Shown in pieces: positions 29,372 to 38,903 of a stretch of 64,000 nucleotides of DNA. Below the pieces are notes generated by a model, which was not told where the DNA came from, did no database searches, and was given only the letters and a program-made list of their open reading frames with translations. The position numbers were made by a program, and so were the translations under genes. The number at the start of each line of letters is the position of its first letter. The stretch's first letter is position 1. Origin of the DNA: an uncultured Clostridium sp. (GTDB lineage Bacteria; Bacillota; Clostridia; TANB77; CAG-508); contig USFR01000009.1 of the NCBI GenBank assembly GCA_900553945.1, positions 3,070-67,069 on the forward strand, read 5' to 3'.

Positions 29372-30574
29372 TTATTTCATCATTTCTTTTATCATTATGT
29401 CTGCAAAAACTCCATACCCAATCTGAGGGTCTGAAACTAAAACATTCGTTAATGCTCCAACTATTTTATTATTTTGAATTATTGGTGACCCACTCATTCC
29501 ACAAATTATTCCACCTGTACTATTCAATAAATTTTCATCTGTTATTTTTATTTGCATACTTTTATTATTAGAATTATTTTCCGAATCTATAGATGTTATT
29601 TCTACTTTATATTCTTGTGTATCATTATTATTTACTGTTGATAATATTGTTGCCTCTCCTAGTTCTATTTCGTCTCTTAATGCGATTTCTAGGCCTGCGG
29701 AATATTTATTATTTGTTATTATGTTTTCATTTAAACTCCCAAATATTCCGAAATTCATATTTTGCATTACTGTTCCGATTGTTGCTTGTTTTGCAATACT
29801 TCCTTTTATTTCTCCTGGAATACCTTTTCTACCTTTACTTACGCTTACTATTTTAGAATTAACCAATTCTCCTGTTTGAATATCTAATAATTCTCCTGTA
29901 TCACCGTCTGAAATTCCATGACCTAATGCTGCAAACTTTTTACTTTCGGGTTCGTAAAAAGCCATTGTCCCTACTCCACTTGCACTATCTCTAATCCATA
30001 AACCTAGCTTATATTCACCTTTTGCGGTATTTGCTGGTTTTATGTTTGCTGTATATGTTTCTCCACCACTGGCATATTTTATCTCAATATCTCTTCCGTT
30101 TGATTCATTAACAATTTTCTGCAGTGTTTGTGTTGAATCTATTTCTTGATGATCAACTTCTAAAATTGTATCTCCCTCTTTTATATTAATTGACTCATAT
30201 GGCTTTTCTATCTTATTTTCTATATTTTTTACTTCTGTTGTTCCTATAACTAAAACTCCATTCGTATATAATTTTAGTCCTATTAGATTTCCTGTTGGAA
30301 TGACCTTTATTCTTGGATATGTTGTTACAGCTATTTCTTTGACTTTCATATTTCCAAATAACATTACATCCATTTTTGTTGTTTCTAAATTTTTATCTTG
30401 CCATGTTTCTTGAACCTCTTTATTTTTTCTTTTAAATTCAATTCCAAATACTCTTTTTAATTGTATGTTTTCACCATTTAACAAAAAAATTCTAGAAGGA
30501 AGTTGCGTAATATTAGAAGCATATACTAATATTACTAGTAATATTAAAATTATAAAAAAGTATCTTTTTTTCAT
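29372..30574 (-). CDS. spoIVB: SpoIVB sporulation signalling peptidase (S55)
   Basis: 400 aa. N-terminal anchor, PDZ-like region, GTMAFYEPESKKFAALGHGISD and GMSGSPIIQNNKIVGALT catalytic motifs. Confidence 0.88.
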   Translation of the reverse strand: MKKRYFFIILILLVILVYASNITQLPSRIFLLNGENIQLKRVFGIEFKRKNKEVQETWQDKNLETTKMDVMLFGNMKVKEIAVTTYPRIKVIPTGNLIGLKLYTNGVLVIGTTEVKNIENKIEKPYESINIKEGDTILEVDHQEIDSTQTLQKIVNESNGRDIEIKYASGGETYTANIKPANTAKGEYKLGLWIRDSASGVGTMAFYEPESKKFAALGHGISDGDTGELLDIQTGELVNSKIVSVSKGRKGIPGEIKGSIAKQATIGTVMQNMNFGIFGSLNENIITNNKYSAGLEIALRDEIELGEATILSTVNNNDTQEYKVEITSIDSENNSNNKSMQIKITDENLLNSTGGIICGMSGSPIIQNNKIVGALTNVLVSDPQIGYGVFADIMIKEMMK

Positions 30575-30621
30575 TGATTACCTCTTTTATAATTTTTCCC
30601 TATTTGCATTTTTTATATACT

Positions 30622-30650
30622 TAAAAAAAGATGAAATAAATTCATCTTTT
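30622..30650 (-). terminator. Terminator closing the filament operon
   Basis: Stem aaagatgaa/ttcatcttt immediately after the stop of the 807-aa gene, with a T-run on the minus strand. Confidence 0.65.
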
Positions 30651-33073
30651 TATCTATTAACGTAGTCGTTTGTTTTATATAGGTTATCTCTAATTTTTGC
30701 TAAATATGTATACATCGATTTTCGTCTTTTATTAAACTCTGTTTCATTTATAAGATATTCTCCACCAGTTGGAACATTTGAATTGTTATATGGATTTACA
30801 TATTCGCTTCCATCAAAATTTAAGTATTTTCCATTAACGTAAATTACTAAATCATTATTTTCTGCTTTATAAACCCTATATATGTCTCCATCATAATATT
30901 TTACTACTGGTATATAATTTCCAGATATTATACAATTATAACATCCTTCATTTTGATGGTCATATATATATTTTACCTCACTTCCTGTTGGAAGATCAAT
31001 TAAATTAGCCAAAGCCGCTTGGTCTGTTATTTCAGTTCCTATATATAAGTCATCTGCAAATTGTGAAGATTGATCATCAGCCCCGGTATTTACATTCTTA
31101 GGCATGTAATACTTGTTTGTTGCATCATCATAAAAACAAATAATAGTCGGATCATTTATTCCCCTTATTCTTGTATTTATTTTATGTGCATCATATTTAA
31201 ATTCTGCACTTTGGTCTGCTTCATATATATCAGTTGAATTATTATCGCTCAAATCACTGCAATCAATTTTGTGATAACTACTATCACTTTTTTCTTCTCT
31301 TCCTATTTTTGAAGTAAAATACAAATTTTCTAAGCTTACAGCTGTATTGTTATTATTACTTTTTATGACTGCATAATTATTAAATGTTGTTGTTCCACAT
31401 GGTATTCCTTGCATGAATGACACCATTGATATATTATTTAAAATATCATTCCAATCATCACTTTTTAACATAGGTAATTTATAACTTATACCTGATGCTA
31501 TATCCATATTATGATTTTCATTATATGTTGATATTGCTAAATTTAAATTGTACTGAATTGAGTTTTTTATTATATCCTGTTTATGTTTTACAAATATTGA
31601 ATTTTCACTTTCTGGATCATTCTCTAAATTATCTGTTCTTTTTTCTATATCAAATATTTTTGAATCATCAGATGTAAAGTCAGCATATGCATATGCATTA
31701 TCTACTTGATCAGTCATCTCAAATGCCTGATCTTTTATTTGTACAGTTGAGCTTGCTTTAACATCTTTTAAATTTCTTTCTACCCATTTAGAAAAATAAT
31801 ATGCTTTTATATAATATTCTTTTGCATCTCTGTCATCAATTGTTACACCATTATATGTAACACTAATTCCAGAAAATGAACCACTTTTTAACATATATGT
31901 ATTAACATCTGCACTTTGTTTATCTAGTAATTGTTCAATATCTAAAGTTTCTTTAATTATTTCATCTCCAGTTTGATATCTAACTATAGACATTTTATCT
32001 CTCGTATCCGCATTAATTGTGTCTTTTCTATATTTAGCACAATAATAACTATCTCCAAAATCTTTTTCTTTATCATAATCAAAATAATTTATTAGATAAT
32101 AATCTTCTCCTTGTGATGATTGACCATTTGCTACATTTACAGGAATTGTTACAAATCTCTCATTATTATGTTGATTATTATTTGAATTCTTATTTGCATC
32201 TATGACAGCTTGATATGAGTATGTGCCATTATTTGAAGGTCGAGCCATACTTATTCCAGTTTCTCCATCATTCTTTTTAACAACTCTCAATAGCAAATTG
32301 CCATTTATTGATATTTTCGTAGGATCTATCAAATATCCTGATTTTGTGAATTCTTTTGTTACAGTACTTCCTGTATCTTCTCTTGTACTTAAATCTTTTT
32401 CTCCATACAGTGTTATATAATTATCTAAAGAGTAACTTGCGGTAAAATTAAATTTACCATTATCCTTATCATGATATTGTGCACTATAATAAATAAAAGG
32501 TTTTAGCATATAACTTGTTTCATACTGTACATCTGGATCATCTGAATCCGGAGTGAATTTTGAACTATCATAATCCTCTTTAAATTTTTTTCCGTTGACT
32601 CCATCTGATACAAAATCACTACTATCTACATTTTTACCTTTTTTTAAATACAACACTCTTTTTTGTTTATCTGTTAACGCAACTCCATCATCTGGATTTG
32701 TAGCAACCTTTGATGTATATGTTGGACTATATATATAATATCCATCATATGTTGTAAATAGTATTGCTGGGACATATGGTAAAATCATCTGTTTTGATGC
32801 ACTTGACATTCCTAAATTTGTTGCCAATGTAGTAAAAAAAGTATTAACCGAAGCTAATACATAACTTTTTACTGATTCGCCACTAACTCTTTGCGTATTT
32901 AAAGAGTTCATTTGGTATGCTGCTATAGCATCATATGTAGAATCATTTAATTTTGTTTGATATGTCGTTTGTAATACTAATGTATCTGTTTGTGTTTGTA
33001 TATAATAAGATAGAACAATAGATATTGGTAGTAAAATTAAAACAAATATAATTGCAAAATTCTGATATTTCAT
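30650..33073 (-). CDS. Large N-terminally anchored protein, last gene of the filament operon (candidate tip or accessory subunit)
   Basis: 807 aa. It has a single N-terminal hydrophobic helix (FAIIFVLILLPISIVLSYY). The rest is N/D/S/T/Y-rich and beta-like with no recognised motif. Confidence 0.6.
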   Translation of the reverse strand: MKYQNFAIIFVLILLPISIVLSYYIQTQTDTLVLQTTYQTKLNDSTYDAIAAYQMNSLNTQRVSGESVKSYVLASVNTFFTTLATNLGMSSASKQMILPYVPAILFTTYDGYYIYSPTYTSKVATNPDDGVALTDKQKRVLYLKKGKNVDSSDFVSDGVNGKKFKEDYDSSKFTPDSDDPDVQYETSYMLKPFIYYSAQYHDKDNGKFNFTASYSLDNYITLYGEKDLSTREDTGSTVTKEFTKSGYLIDPTKISINGNLLLRVVKKNDGETGISMARPSNNGTYSYQAVIDANKNSNNNQHNNERFVTIPVNVANGQSSQGEDYYLINYFDYDKEKDFGDSYYCAKYRKDTINADTRDKMSIVRYQTGDEIIKETLDIEQLLDKQSADVNTYMLKSGSFSGISVTYNGVTIDDRDAKEYYIKAYYFSKWVERNLKDVKASSTVQIKDQAFEMTDQVDNAYAYADFTSDDSKIFDIEKRTDNLENDPESENSIFVKHKQDIIKNSIQYNLNLAISTYNENHNMDIASGISYKLPMLKSDDWNDILNNISMVSFMQGIPCGTTTFNNYAVIKSNNNNTAVSLENLYFTSKIGREEKSDSSYHKIDCSDLSDNNSTDIYEADQSAEFKYDAHKINTRIRGINDPTIICFYDDATNKYYMPKNVNTGADDQSSQFADDLYIGTEITDQAALANLIDLPTGSEVKYIYDHQNEGCYNCIISGNYIPVVKYYDGDIYRVYKAENNDLVIYVNGKYLNFDGSEYVNPYNNSNVPTGGEYLINETEFNKRRKSMYTYLAKIRDNLYKTNDYVNR

Positions 33074-33095
33074 AGATCTACCTTTCTACTAAACT

Positions 33096-33623
33096 TTAGT
33101 GTGTTCCATTGTTTTGAACTACCCCTGAATGAGCGCCTGAAATCTGATATGTTCCTTTTCCTGCAATTGCATAAAATGCATTTCTTAATGATTGTGCTAT
33201 TGTAACATCTGTATTTGTTGCTGTTACCGAAATTATATCCCCTTCTTTTAATGTATATTTACCACTAGGACCATATACTTGTTCTTCAATTGTATCTGTG
33301 TATACTGAGTAATAAACATTTTCACCAACTGTAGTACTTGTTGTCCAAGTTGTCTTTTTTCCAACATTGTCATCAATTTTTTTAACTTCAATATCAACAT
33401 TAAAAGAATGTCCTAAAGCTGCTATTTCTTCTTTATATTCTGATAAATCTGATTGTGTTATTGCTCCAACATTTCTTTCTTTATCAACAAATTCAACTGT
33501 TTTTTGTTGTACTGCTTGTTGCGCAACATCATCATTTCTATCAGCGATTGTCATTAGTGGAAAAACAAACATTAATATTGCTGCAATAAAAATTGCAATT
33601 ATTGTTACTAATGTATCATTCAT
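33096..33623 (-). CDS. N-terminally anchored small protein (minor-pilin/TadE-like placement)
   Basis: 175 aa. MNDTLVTIIAIFIAAILMFVFPLMTIADR, then a soluble domain. Its role is inferred from position only. Confidence 0.5.
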   Translation of the reverse strand: MNDTLVTIIAIFIAAILMFVFPLMTIADRNDDVAQQAVQQKTVEFVDKERNVGAITQSDLSEYKEEIAALGHSFNVDIEVKKIDDNVGKKTTWTTSTTVGENVYYSVYTDTIEEQVYGPSGKYTLKEGDIISVTATNTDVTIAQSLRNAFYAIAGKGTYQISGAHSGVVQNNGTH

Positions 33624-33638
33624 TTATTTTCCTCCTCT

Positions 33639-34304
33639 TTAATTAATTAACTTATATGTTATTATAGTTTTAGTATTTGCAGGAACTGTAACTATCTCTT
33701 CACCATATTCATCAACCTGAACATGTCCACTTGTTCTATATTCTATATATGATTCCAAAAAAGTTTCATCTTTATATTTTATTAAATTATTGGTGCTATA
33801 ATCTAAATTCTTCATATGTTCTGATTTAATTCCATATATATAAGAATTTATTCTTTCTATATAATATGGATTTTTTTCTTGATTAACCCATGGTGCACCA
33901 AATAATGATGCTTTTTTTCCTTTTCCATATAGTCCTTCTAGATATGCATAATATTGTACATCTTCCTGACTACTTGGCTGAAAATTATTTTTGGCAATCG
34001 CCTCAATATTAGTATCAAATATTTGTAAAATAGTTCCATCACTATCTAATATTCTTACTGTTATATTAGCATCTTGCTGATGATATCTATAGAGGGTAGG
34101 TATTATTGTTTCAATACCTACCTTTCTAGTTACATTATTTTTTAATGGATCTACCCTTGAAAAATAATTATCAATTTTTAAGTTATCTAAAACAGCATCT
34201 GTTGTTGTTCTAGCTTTACTGAACATAAACATTGCTATTGAAAAGGCTAGTACAAACAACATTGCAGCACCAGCCATTTTTAAAGCATCTACTGCATTTT
34301 CCAT
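33639..34304 (-). CDS. Pilin-like protein, MEN-leader paralog 4
   Basis: 221 aa. N-terminus MENAVDALKMAGAAMLFVLAFSIAMFMF matches the three paralogs upstream. Confidence 0.6.
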   Translation of the reverse strand: MENAVDALKMAGAAMLFVLAFSIAMFMFSKARTTTDAVLDNLKIDNYFSRVDPLKNNVTRKVGIETIIPTLYRYHQQDANITVRILDSDGTILQIFDTNIEAIAKNNFQPSSQEDVQYYAYLEGLYGKGKKASLFGAPWVNQEKNPYYIERINSYIYGIKSEHMKNLDYSTNNLIKYKDETFLESYIEYRTSGHVQVDEYGEEIVTVPANTKTIITYKLIN

Positions 34305-34360
34305 TTTCGATTACCTTTCATTTTTTATTAAATTATTAATTTTATCCATTATTGCTATCA

Positions 34361-34888
34361 CTAAGGATTAGTTGTAGATGATGATTCATATTCGCTAACT
34401 GTAACAGAATATATGATTCCATCTTTTTCTTGCTCTTCCACTTTATAGTTTCTTCCTGCACTTATTTTTTGCTTTAATTTTCTATATTCTGTTCTAGCAG
34501 CATCAATGTTATCTTGGTTATTTTCACCTGATTTATCTTCATAAACATTGGCTGCCTTGCCAACTGCTTCTAGTGGATCAGTTGTAGTAGCGAAACCTGA
34601 AATATTTAATGCATGTATACTTATAAATTTACCACTTTCATTAACATATTGGCTGTTTTGACTAATTACGTCTTCTATCATTTGTTTTACGTCAGAACCT
34701 TTTTTAGAATTTCCCAAATATTTTTTTATCATTGAATTATACATTTCTTTATCTTGTTGTCCCATTTGTCCTGCCGCTGTTTGTATTGTACTCTGAGCTG
34801 AATTGTATATATACATACCGATAGCAATAAGTAATATACAAATTAAAATTGCACCTGCAATTAGAAGTGCCTTTGAAGCGTTCTCCAT
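34361..34888 (-). CDS. Pilin-like protein, MEN-leader paralog 3
   Basis: 175 aa. MENASKALLIAGAILICILLIAIGMYIY, then the shared Y/FN..I/F..YLG...GSDV block. Confidence 0.6.
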   Translation of the reverse strand: MENASKALLIAGAILICILLIAIGMYIYNSAQSTIQTAAGQMGQQDKEMYNSMIKKYLGNSKKGSDVKQMIEDVISQNSQYVNESGKFISIHALNISGFATTTDPLEAVGKAANVYEDKSGENNQDNIDAARTEYRKLKQKISAGRNYKVEEQEKDGIIYSVTVSEYESSSTTNP

Positions 34889-34957
34889 CTTTATTCCTCC
34901 TCTTTTTCTTTTGATTATTTATTATCTTATTCCTTCATGGAAATATTAAAAACTTAT

Positions 34958-35398
34958 TTATTCTTTTTCTTTAAATGTTATTGATTTAACTTGTCCTGTT
35001 TTTTTATGATATTGTACATCTGATACTTCAAAAATTAAATCACTAAATGCATATTCCACTTTTTCAACTCCTGCATTTTTGTCTAACATTAATTTTTCCA
35101 TTTCCATCGTAGAATCACTTGATTTAACTTTTAAGTAAACTTTTATAGAATTTTTATCATTTTCTACGTACATATTGTTCTCATCTTTTGAGATTTTATT
35201 TTTATTATTTAAATCAATTGCTTTATTCATTAATGACACGATTGTGTTAATCTTTACTATACTTTTTTCATATGCCAAAAATTCATTATTAACTTTTGTA
35301 ACTTCATATTTCTGTTTTGAATATTCTGTGTACCATGCAAAACAAATTGTAACAATTGTTATTACACATACAAGAATTATGATTAATATTTTCTTCAT
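34958..35398 (-). CDS. Small membrane-anchored protein inside the pilin-like gene block
   Basis: 146 aa. The MKKILIIILVCVITIVTICFAWY anchor lacks the MEN motif. Confidence 0.5.
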   Translation of the reverse strand: MKKILIIILVCVITIVTICFAWYTEYSKQKYEVTKVNNEFLAYEKSIVKINTIVSLMNKAIDLNNKNKISKDENNMYVENDKNSIKVYLKVKSSDSTMEMEKLMLDKNAGVEKVEYAFSDLIFEVSDVQYHKKTGQVKSITFKEKE

Positions 35399-35468
35399 AA
35401 ATTCCTCTTTATTATATTATATGTATTTGTAAAATTCAACATTTTTTTTATTTATTGTCTAATATTTC

Positions 35469-36047
35469 CTAGTTAGTATTCTTAAGACTTTCTGCTTCTT
35501 GTAGTTGTAACGATATATCTGTGTCTGGAATAAATGAAGCATGAATTATTCTTCCTGTTTCATTACTTTCTTCTATTTTAATTTTAAATGTTATAATACT
35601 TTTGGCATTTGGTGCTGCATTGCTTTGATAATAACACTGGCTTATTAAATAATTTTGTGCTTTTTTTGAATAGTTTTGAACATCTGCTATTATCGGAGTT
35701 GATTCATTTACATTTTTAATATCAATATGAACAATAGCTTTAGAATTATTATTTACTGTTTCTTCCGAAAAATTATTATTATAATCTTTTGCAAAATTTG
35801 AAAGCGAAATTACATCATATATATTAGCTGATTCTCTCTTTGTATTTCCAGATTCATCTTTTACACCTGCATCTAAATACTTTGTAAAATTTGTATTAAA
35901 TTTGGTTATTTCTGTTGATTGCATTGTTTGATCATATGTTTTTGCTACTCCAGATGCTGCTCTAAATAACCCAGTTGCAATTGCTAATATTAAAATTGCT
36001 ATTAAAGTTCCTGCACCAATTAATAGTGCTTTAGATGCATTTTCCAT
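35469..36047 (-). CDS. Pilin-like protein, MEN-leader paralog 2
   Basis: 192 aa. MENASKALLIGAGTLIAILILAIATGLF, then EITKFNTNFTKYLDAG. Confidence 0.6.
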   Translation of the reverse strand: MENASKALLIGAGTLIAILILAIATGLFRAASGVAKTYDQTMQSTEITKFNTNFTKYLDAGVKDESGNTKRESANIYDVISLSNFAKDYNNNFSEETVNNNSKAIVHIDIKNVNESTPIIADVQNYSKKAQNYLISQCYYQSNAAPNAKSIITFKIKIEESNETGRIIHASFIPDTDISLQLQEAESLKNTN

Positions 36048-36059
36048 CTCGTATCCTTT

Positions 36060-36782
36060 CTATTCTTTTGGTTCAAATTTCATATAATATATTCTACCTA
36101 CCTCGTTATATTTTACATCTGTACATTTATATATAACTTTCTTAAAGTCATTTATTCCTATAGGATCTTTTTCTGTAATAACTGTTTTATCTCCATAACG
36201 TTTTGATGTTTTTTCTATATTATTTCTATCTAGTGTTGATAATTTTTCAAGTTTTCTATATTTTTCATCATCTGTTGAACTCAAATTATATGTAGTTCCT
36301 CCAGTTAATATAACCTCACCTTGAGTTATTTCTGGATTACTGCTTAACCCTAAACCACGGTAAACTGATGCATTTTTAATTTTAACCATTTGGGTAGTTC
36401 CATTTTCATCTTTTTCAGCAATATATGCAGTTTTAGTAACTTTTGACTGCACCGTATCTTTTACTCTTATTTCAATATCCATAGAATATTGAACGTTTTT
36501 ATTGTACTTTCCATTTGGATTAGCCATAATCTGTTGATTTTGTATCTTATTATTTGAAATTGCCATTCCCAAAACTGAAATTACATCAGTACCATACATT
36601 GATGTTTTATCAAAAGCAAGAAATTTTTTGTTAAATTCAGCTGATTCTTGGCTAACTTCCAAATCTCGTTTTGTATTTTCCATAGAACTTACACTACGAA
36701 AAACAAAAACAATAAGTGTTATTAGCATAACCGCTATTAATAATCCCCCTGCTATTTGTAATGCATTTACTGAGTTCTCCAT
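36060..36782 (-). CDS. Pilin-like protein, MEN-leader paralog 1
   Basis: 240 aa. MENSVNALQIAGGLLIAVMLITLIVFVF, then SAEFNKKFLAFD...YGTDVISVL. Confidence 0.6.
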   Translation of the reverse strand: MENSVNALQIAGGLLIAVMLITLIVFVFRSVSSMENTKRDLEVSQESAEFNKKFLAFDKTSMYGTDVISVLGMAISNNKIQNQQIMANPNGKYNKNVQYSMDIEIRVKDTVQSKVTKTAYIAEKDENGTTQMVKIKNASVYRGLGLSSNPEITQGEVILTGGTTYNLSSTDDEKYRKLEKLSTLDRNNIEKTSKRYGDKTVITEKDPIGINDFKKVIYKCTDVKYNEVGRIYYMKFEPKE

Positions 36783-36796
36783 TCTTTACTCCTTTT

Positions 36797-38872
36797 CTAC
36801 ATTTGTGCACTCATATTCTTGAAAGCTTCTGTCATACTTAACAATCCAATTATACATAACGGAGCAATTAAATAACCAATAAACATTGATACCATTGGAG
36901 CAAATCCAACAACCTTTCCTATTAATGATTTTCTTGATATTAGTCTTTCATTTGAGTCTTTACGTTTTTCCTGATAATATGCTCTTTCTGTATCTAGTTC
37001 ATCAAAAGCTTGTCTAATTGGTATTTTTTCAACTGCAGATTGTAAGCTTTCAATAATACGAATTAATTGTGGGAATGCCACATCATTTTTCAATTCTTCC
37101 AAAGCTTCCCATGGACCACTTTCAAAGTTATTTACACATTTCGAAATTGGTTCTCTGAATATATTAGAATATCTTTCTAGCCATTCTAATATCATTTCAA
37201 CATTTACCCTCTCTATTTTCATAAGCATTAGGATAATTGTCTGGAACTGCATTACTTCATTTTCCATTTCCATTTGTCTCATTATCTTTTGGAACATTAA
37301 CATCCATACTGGGCCATAATACGCTATTGTTGCTACCCCAAATGAAATTAAGAATTCAAACCACTTCAAATACTCATTTTGTATTGTAACCAAATCCTTA
37401 TGGATCCATTCTGCCGCAGATGTTATTTCTTCATCTGTAGCTGAACTATAAAAATCATCTTTTCTTAAATCTTTTACAAGCATATCCGTTGTCGTTTTTT
37501 TATCTGATTTATATTTTTCTATGTATTTATTATGAACTTCTAATTCTGCGTATGCTTTTTTTTCTTCTTTTTCACTCATTGATCCTAGTAAATCGTAATC
37601 AGCTCTTGGCTCATCATATATATATTCAATTGTTATGTTATGTAATTCCCAAAACATAAATAGTGCAATAATAAATCCAACGATGGCGCATGCACATCTA
37701 TCTATGTATAGCCATTCTATTTTAAGTTTTGTAGCTGACTCTTTCATCAACTTTATCTTTAGTCTATATTCTTTTGTACCTTCCTTTGGAACAATTTTAT
37801 CAATAAAACTTTTTATATATTTTTTCTTATATAACTTTTGCTCCCAAGGATTTTGCATATCTCTACCTGTGTCAACACTTCCATTATCTTTTAATTTTCT
37901 AACTAATATATAACATATAAATGTCACTACAATTAAAAGCATTTGAACTATAAATCCTGTTTTTCCATCATAGAATGATTTTGTAAAAGAAAACATTCCA
38001 ACTGCCCAGTTTTTTATAGGTTCCAAAAATAGAATAGGTAATGCTGAAATTAAAGCAAGAGATTGAAACACATAATCTAATTTCTCTCTTTTTAAAATCT
38101 CTATTTGCATTTCTTGAGTTATATTATTTAAGTTTTTCAAATATAATGATGCACCATCAGAGTCTTGTCTATCACCAAATTCTTTTGTTAAATATGAAAT
38201 TCCAGCAAATTCTTTTAAGAAACTATTTGGCGCTATATCATAATATTTCTCTAATTCCATTTCTGGATCGTCAGAAATTAATATTTCATAAATTTTTTGT
38301 GCTTGTCTTGAAACATCAAGTTCATCATTTTGAGCAACTTCATAAACTGCTTCTTCAACTAGATTGAATTCATGATATGCATGTCTCATTTCAGAGAACA
38401 TATCAATTTGCTCTTTCAAAAGTTTATTATCTACTTTATCAACCATTCCACTTAGCAATGTTTCTGTAAAGAATAATTCAAATAATAATAATGTTGCTAA
38501 TAATACTACGTTATTTTTTGCAACTACTATAATAACAATTGTTAATGGAATAACAACCAGTATCGCTCTTGTCATCATTTGAGCAGTTTGCATTCTTGTT
38601 AAATATTCATCTTCTAGGTTTATAATTTCTAGTCTTCTTCTTATCTTTAAAATATATCTTCTTAAGAATGGTATTCTAACAAGTATAAGATATATTTTTT
38701 GATACATTATCTCTTTTGAGAATGACTTTGTTTTTGTACCATCAACTAGTGATGCAACAAACTTCGTATTCTTTTTATTAGTGAACTTATTTATTATTAA
38801 AAATGCTACTATTAAAACTCCAAATAGCGCTAGTGCTCCAATTATAAACTTTCCAAGCATTTCATTGGACAT
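36797..38872 (-). CDS. Polytopic membrane protein, candidate platform component (TadB/TadC, T2SS-F-like by position)
   Basis: I use the ATG at 38872 behind the RBS aggaggtg; the track start is a GTG inside that RBS. The protein is 691 aa with several TM clusters separated by large helical cytoplasmic segments. Assignment is by synteny after the ATPase, not by motif. Confidence 0.4.
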   Translation of the reverse strand: MSNEMLGKFIIGALALFGVLIVAFLIINKFTNKKNTKFVASLVDGTKTKSFSKEIMYQKIYLILVRIPFLRRYILKIRRRLEIINLEDEYLTRMQTAQMMTRAILVVIPLTIVIIVVAKNNVVLLATLLLFELFFTETLLSGMVDKVDNKLLKEQIDMFSEMRHAYHEFNLVEEAVYEVAQNDELDVSRQAQKIYEILISDDPEMELEKYYDIAPNSFLKEFAGISYLTKEFGDRQDSDGASLYLKNLNNITQEMQIEILKREKLDYVFQSLALISALPILFLEPIKNWAVGMFSFTKSFYDGKTGFIVQMLLIVVTFICYILVRKLKDNGSVDTGRDMQNPWEQKLYKKKYIKSFIDKIVPKEGTKEYRLKIKLMKESATKLKIEWLYIDRCACAIVGFIIALFMFWELHNITIEYIYDEPRADYDLLGSMSEKEEKKAYAELEVHNKYIEKYKSDKKTTTDMLVKDLRKDDFYSSATDEEITSAAEWIHKDLVTIQNEYLKWFEFLISFGVATIAYYGPVWMLMFQKIMRQMEMENEVMQFQTIILMLMKIERVNVEMILEWLERYSNIFREPISKCVNNFESGPWEALEELKNDVAFPQLIRIIESLQSAVEKIPIRQAFDELDTERAYYQEKRKDSNERLISRKSLIGKVVGFAPMVSMFIGYLIAPLCIIGLLSMTEAFKNMSAQM

Positions 38873-38903
38873 TGTTAGTTGCACCTCCTATTTTTTATTT
38901 GTT

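Noticed and set aside
38873-38884. N-terminal extensions in the ORF track (also 42477-42488, 43425-43457, 16790-16810, 16908-16943, 50596-50604, 53375-53386, 59029-59058)
   Set aside because: In these cases the track start is a TTG, GTG or ATG that lies inside or upstream of a clear Shine-Dalgarno sequence. An ATG sits 5-10 nt downstream of that RBS, so I moved the starts. These are not evidence of unusual N-terminal domains.
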